Origin: a virus
Lineage: Duplodnaviria; Caudoviricetes
Length of the DNA stretch: 58,311 bases
IMG/VR virus record: IMGVR_UViG_3300009788_000113
Span: 1-58,311 of that record
Strand: one strand, 5' to 3'
Shown piece by piece: positions 55,134 through 58,311 of the stretch. How positions within the stretch are numbered: position 1 is the first letter of the stretch; every line of letters starts with the position of its first letter. The notes beneath the pieces were generated by a model that saw only the letters and a list, made by a program, of their open reading frames with translations, searched no databases and was not told the origin of the DNA. Both the position numbers and the translations under genes were made by a program.

Positions 55134-57857
55134 GTGCCTCCTGAAAAGCGCAGGCTTGAGACGGAGTGGTCGTTCCCAACAACGAATGTGACGGCGGTGC
55201 GGAGGGGTCCGAGGACGACCGTTCCGGCGAAGCTGCCCAATGGATTGGATGTGGCTTCGCGGTTGGTGGGGTTCGAGGGCTCGTGCGATGTGGCGCTGAG
55301 GCCGAGCAAAGGGTTCAGGATAGTGAGGGAGGCGGACCTGCCGAGCGGGGCGGGGACGTGGGAGGGGAGTACGGTTGATCCGCCGAGTGATTATACGTTT
55401 GTGGACGTGCGCGCGGTGGAGTTGAAGGTGGGAGAGAATGACTTCATATACGGGTTTATGTACAGGACGAGGAGTGTTGCGAAGGGCGTGAATGCGTCGG
55501 ATCATCTGTGGCTTGAGTACAGGATTGTGCCGCACGGGAATTTTACGGTGCTGGAGGTGGACTGGAATATAGCGGCGGCGGCGCAGTGGGACGTGGTGAC
55601 TTCGGGGCGGATTATGTATGTGTTCGTGGAGGGACGGGAGGTTGTCTCGATTGAGATAGAGGATACGTCTGTGTCCCCGGCGGCGGGTGCGGGGGAGCAG
55701 TATCCAGCGGGCGCGTGGGGATTGAATATGGGGCCTGCGGATACGAAGATATTGGGTGGGGAGCAGGGCGCGTTCGCGCCGGGGCCGGGGCAGAGGCCGG
55801 TGTGGAGCACCACGGTTAGTAATTCGATCGCGGGGCTGGATCCTGCGTTTCTGGATCTGTCGGCGGGGGAGACGGCGTTCGGTAGTCTGCGGTTGGTGGG
55901 GCAGAACACGACCGAGTGGCCCGACACTTTCGTTTGGCTTGGGGGGACGGCGTTCTTCCAACAGAACGAGGATATAGACAGGATCGCGGTGCGGACGCCA
56001 GGGTTCGGCGCGTTTGTGCCGGGCGGGTACGGGTTCGCGTACCAGCTTATTAGTACGAAGACGGGCAGAAGGTCGCAGATCACGGATCTGTTGGGCATCG
56101 ACACGACGGCCTTCGATGATCCGGCGAAGGATGATCTGTTCGCTGTCAACATCCTTTACAACACGCAGAAGTTTAATGCGGTGGCGTTTTACAGGAGTGT
56201 GGAGAATCCCAATGACATTCCGGTGCTGAGTATATCTCAGTTGTTCCTTGATAGGGTGTTTGATCTGGTGGACTCCAAGAGCGCGGCGGGGGCGGGCGAT
56301 GCGCTGGAGACGGATGAGCAGCACTCGACGGTTTTCTTCGAGGCGAGTGATAACCGGATAACTTCGCATATGGGGTTCACGGATAGTGATACATATGATG
56401 AGGAGGTGCCGAGGGGCGGGGCGGCGCTGTTGTTTGACGGGACGATGCTCGTGTCGAAGATCGTTCCGCCGCCCGCGAGCACGACGCCCGAAGAGACGCA
56501 GGATCCCGAGGACTTTAATCAGTCGCTGGGGGTGATGCGGTGGTCGTCCTTGAGGACGCAGAGCGTGGAGTTGTTCCCGCCGGAGAACATCTTTGTGCCG
56601 AGCATACCCACGAGCGAGATTATTAGGTTCGGGAGGGTGGGCGATACGATATTGGGCTTTGCGAGGGAGAAGGTGTACCTGATAAGGAGGCAAGGGTTCA
56701 TACTGGATAACCCGAAGGAGATACATATTGGGTTCGGGATTACGGGGGATAGGGCGATGACGGTTGTGGGGCCGATCGTGTATTTCCTTACGCACAAGGG
56801 ATTGAAGGTGGCGGACTCGACGGGCGGGTTGCAAGACGTGGCGGAGATCAACACGATCATCATAGATGAGTGGAGAGGGCAACTTGGGAATGTGAAGCTG
56901 GTTTACGATGCGTTCGCCGGGCTCATCATGGTGCATAACCCCGATCTTGAGAAGATGGTGTGCCTGTGGATCACGAGCGGGAAGATCACCGAGTTCTTCG
57001 ACGCGAACTTCGTAGCCGCGACGGAAGGGTTGTTCACACGCGATATAAGTGATCCTGAGTCGCCGTTTGTGGACAGGGCGTTCCTGTTGCAGACGAGCGG
57101 CGTGGGGACGAGCGCGCTGGGAAGGGTGTATGCGTACGACTTCGAGCGCGCGAAGGCGAGGGTGACATTCTTGGAGGTGACGGGGGATGTGAGGCTGGAT
57201 GTTGGGAGTGTGGCGAGCAACGTGGTTACGACGAGCGGAGGGACGCCGGGCACGGATATTGTGGGCACGACGATGTATGTGTTGGAGACGACGCCCATCG
57301 AGGATATCGGGAGGAAGAGCAAGATCACGGCGGTGAGTGGGCAGGATGTTACGGTGGAGAACGGGTCGCTGTTCAAGACGAATGATCGGGTGGGGATCTC
57401 GCCGGTCTTCTGTAGCGTGGTCACGCCGCCTATCTCGGTGCAGGACGAGGGTGGGTTCGTGTTCGGGCGGAGGGACTTCATGCAGCAGAAGACCATCGAG
57501 GCCGTGGGCGCGGCGTTCACGCGGGTCGAGGGAGCAGCCACATCGGATGGGACCACAGATGCGAAGTTCCAGGGGGTTTACTTCAGGGGGGACGACGAGG
57601 CGGCGTTTGCTACGAGCGTGCCGCAGTTGAAGAACATGGACAAGTTCAGGTCGATTGTGGACGGGTCTTCGCAGTATGACGCGGCGTTCAAGGGGAGCAA
57701 TGTGGAGACGAATATAGGGGGGAGGTTGGGAATCGCGCATGGAGCTCCCTCGATCGGGTTGCAGACGTTCTGCCCCGAGGCGGATTACAGGTTGCTGATG
57801 CTGCGTGTGAAGGGTAAGATCGAAGCGACACAACGAGACAAGAGGCCAGAACCATGA
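55134..57857 (+). CDS. Tail nozzle / tubular protein B-like (beta-propeller)
   Basis: 907 aa beta-rich; RWSS...ELFP, HIGFGITG...VYFLTHKGL pattern typical of podovirus nozzle proteins. Confidence 0.7.
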   Translation: MPPEKRRLETEWSFPTTNVTAVRRGPRTTVPAKLPNGLDVASRLVGFEGSCDVALRPSKGFRIVREADLPSGAGTWEGSTVDPPSDYTFVDVRAVELKVGENDFIYGFMYRTRSVAKGVNASDHLWLEYRIVPHGNFTVLEVDWNIAAAAQWDVVTSGRIMYVFVEGREVVSIEIEDTSVSPAAGAGEQYPAGAWGLNMGPADTKILGGEQGAFAPGPGQRPVWSTTVSNSIAGLDPAFLDLSAGETAFGSLRLVGQNTTEWPDTFVWLGGTAFFQQNEDIDRIAVRTPGFGAFVPGGYGFAYQLISTKTGRRSQITDLLGIDTTAFDDPAKDDLFAVNILYNTQKFNAVAFYRSVENPNDIPVLSISQLFLDRVFDLVDSKSAAGAGDALETDEQHSTVFFEASDNRITSHMGFTDSDTYDEEVPRGGAALLFDGTMLVSKIVPPPASTTPEETQDPEDFNQSLGVMRWSSLRTQSVELFPPENIFVPSIPTSEIIRFGRVGDTILGFAREKVYLIRRQGFILDNPKEIHIGFGITGDRAMTVVGPIVYFLTHKGLKVADSTGGLQDVAEINTIIIDEWRGQLGNVKLVYDAFAGLIMVHNPDLEKMVCLWITSGKITEFFDANFVAATEGLFTRDISDPESPFVDRAFLLQTSGVGTSALGRVYAYDFERAKARVTFLEVTGDVRLDVGSVASNVVTTSGGTPGTDIVGTTMYVLETTPIEDIGRKSKITAVSGQDVTVENGSLFKTNDRVGISPVFCSVVTPPISVQDEGGFVFGRRDFMQQKTIEAVGAAFTRVEGAATSDGTTDAKFQGVYFRGDDEAAFATSVPQLKNMDKFRSIVDGSSQYDAAFKGSNVETNIGGRLGIAHGAPSIGLQTFCPEADYRLLMLRVKGKIEATQRDKRPEP

Positions 57858-58311
57858 CCTCATTCACAACTGGCTTTGCTGACTTATCACGATTCAGTTC
57901 GCCCGCTGCGCCAGGGTTCGGGGCGCAGTCTTCGTTCGCGGGTCCATCCCTCAGCGCGCCCTTTGCAAGGATGGCGGGGCAGAGGGTAGGGCAGCCGACC
58001 ACGTTTGGTCCAACATCAGACGCATTCAGAGGGCTGCCGTCCGGTGGGCAGCGCGGTGAGCCTTCAAGGTCGGAGTTGGAAGACGCGGCGCGGAGGTTCT
58101 TCGGGCCAAATGTGATGATACGCGGGGACAGGGTGATTACGGGTGTGCAAGCGGGCACCGGGGCGGAGCTATCGAGAAGCATCAATGACCTCTCTATCAG
58201 GCGCGCGGCGACTGCGGGACGCACGACGCTGCTCGATCAGTTGACGGGGGCGCTGGGGGGCGAGATTGAGCAGCAGAGGGGGGCGGCGGGGAGGCAGTTC
58301 GGGAGGAACGA
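57854..58311 (+). CDS. Putative internal virion (ejection) protein, 5' part; continues across the junction to 719
   Basis: ATG 57854 overlaps the nozzle stop (ATGA). Frame is open to the window end (MTSFTTGF...QQRGAAGRQFGRN) and in frame with ORF 24..719. Confidence 0.75.
   Translation, partial: MTSFTTGFADLSRFSSPAAPGFGAQSSFAGPSLSAPFARMAGQRVGQPTTFGPTSDAFRGLPSGGQRGEPSRSELEDAARRFFGPNVMIRGDRVITGVQAGTGAELSRSINDLSIRRAATAGRTTLLDQLTGALGGEIEQQRGAAGRQFGRN
58278..58311. repeat. Terminal direct repeat, copy 2
   Basis: Identical to 37-70; the ORF from 57854 continues in frame through it into 71-719. Confidence 0.9.

Larger units (their letters stand above)
2535..57553. repeat. Dispersed motif ATCGGATGGGAC, 22 exact copies
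   Basis: + strand starts: 2535, 9422, 12232, 16579, 19336, 28066, 28729, 36238, 41738, 45417, 47110, 49544, 53413, 57542. Reverse-complement starts: 10324, 22382, 28430, 33359, 34227, 37465, 45202, 46902. Variants at 25923, 34575, 39905, 40856, 42865. Confidence 0.95.

Noticed and set aside
2535-57553. The dispersed motif as a CRISPR array, REP element or IS end
   Set aside because: Copies are irregularly spaced from hundreds of bases to kilobases apart, only 12-14 bp long, non-palindromic and inside genes; no cas or transposase gene was seen.
55089-57863. 924-aa minus-strand ORF and many similar long antisense ORFs (e.g. 738-1880, 52088-53359, 28573-29619, 42870-43604)
   Set aside because: They are shadows of real genes. 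High GC and strand skew suppress stops, and the products are Pro/Arg/His- or Gly/Val-rich without motifs.
1-58311. Alternative genetic code or prophage state
   Set aside because: Core genes are intact under code 11 with all three stops used; no integrase, att site or host flanking genes are seen.

Overview
The window is an apparently complete, circularly permuted ~58.2-kb tailed dsDNA phage genome. Bases 58278-58311 repeat bases 37-70, and one ORF reads in frame across that junction. The layout is podovirus-like. The + strand carries terminase, portal, scaffold, major capsid, adaptor, nozzle and internal/ejection proteins (46.3 kb through the junction to 9.1 kb). The - strand carries early and replication genes: family A DNA polymerase, family-4 UDG, PD-(D/E)XK nuclease, Sak4-like ATPase, SSB, ERCC4 nuclease, GroES and many small ORFs. 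A second minus-strand block encodes a receptor-binding protein and lysis genes, and a D5/SF3 helicase lies beside a non-coding control region at 40.4-41.8 kb. I recognised no integrase, RNA polymerase, primase domain or endolysin. The most striking unexplained signal is a non-palindromic 12-14 bp motif, (T/A)ATCGGATGGGAC(T). It occurs as 22 exact 12-mer copies plus ~5 variants on both strands, inside core genes in five different reading frames and often at translation starts. Other notable features are an extreme orientation-independent G/C strand skew, a promoter- and terminator-bounded structured non-coding RNA, a tRNA-like element without a D-arm, a circularly permuted GHKL ATPase and a frameshifted structural gene. 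All calls come from motif recognition by eye; no database searches were run.
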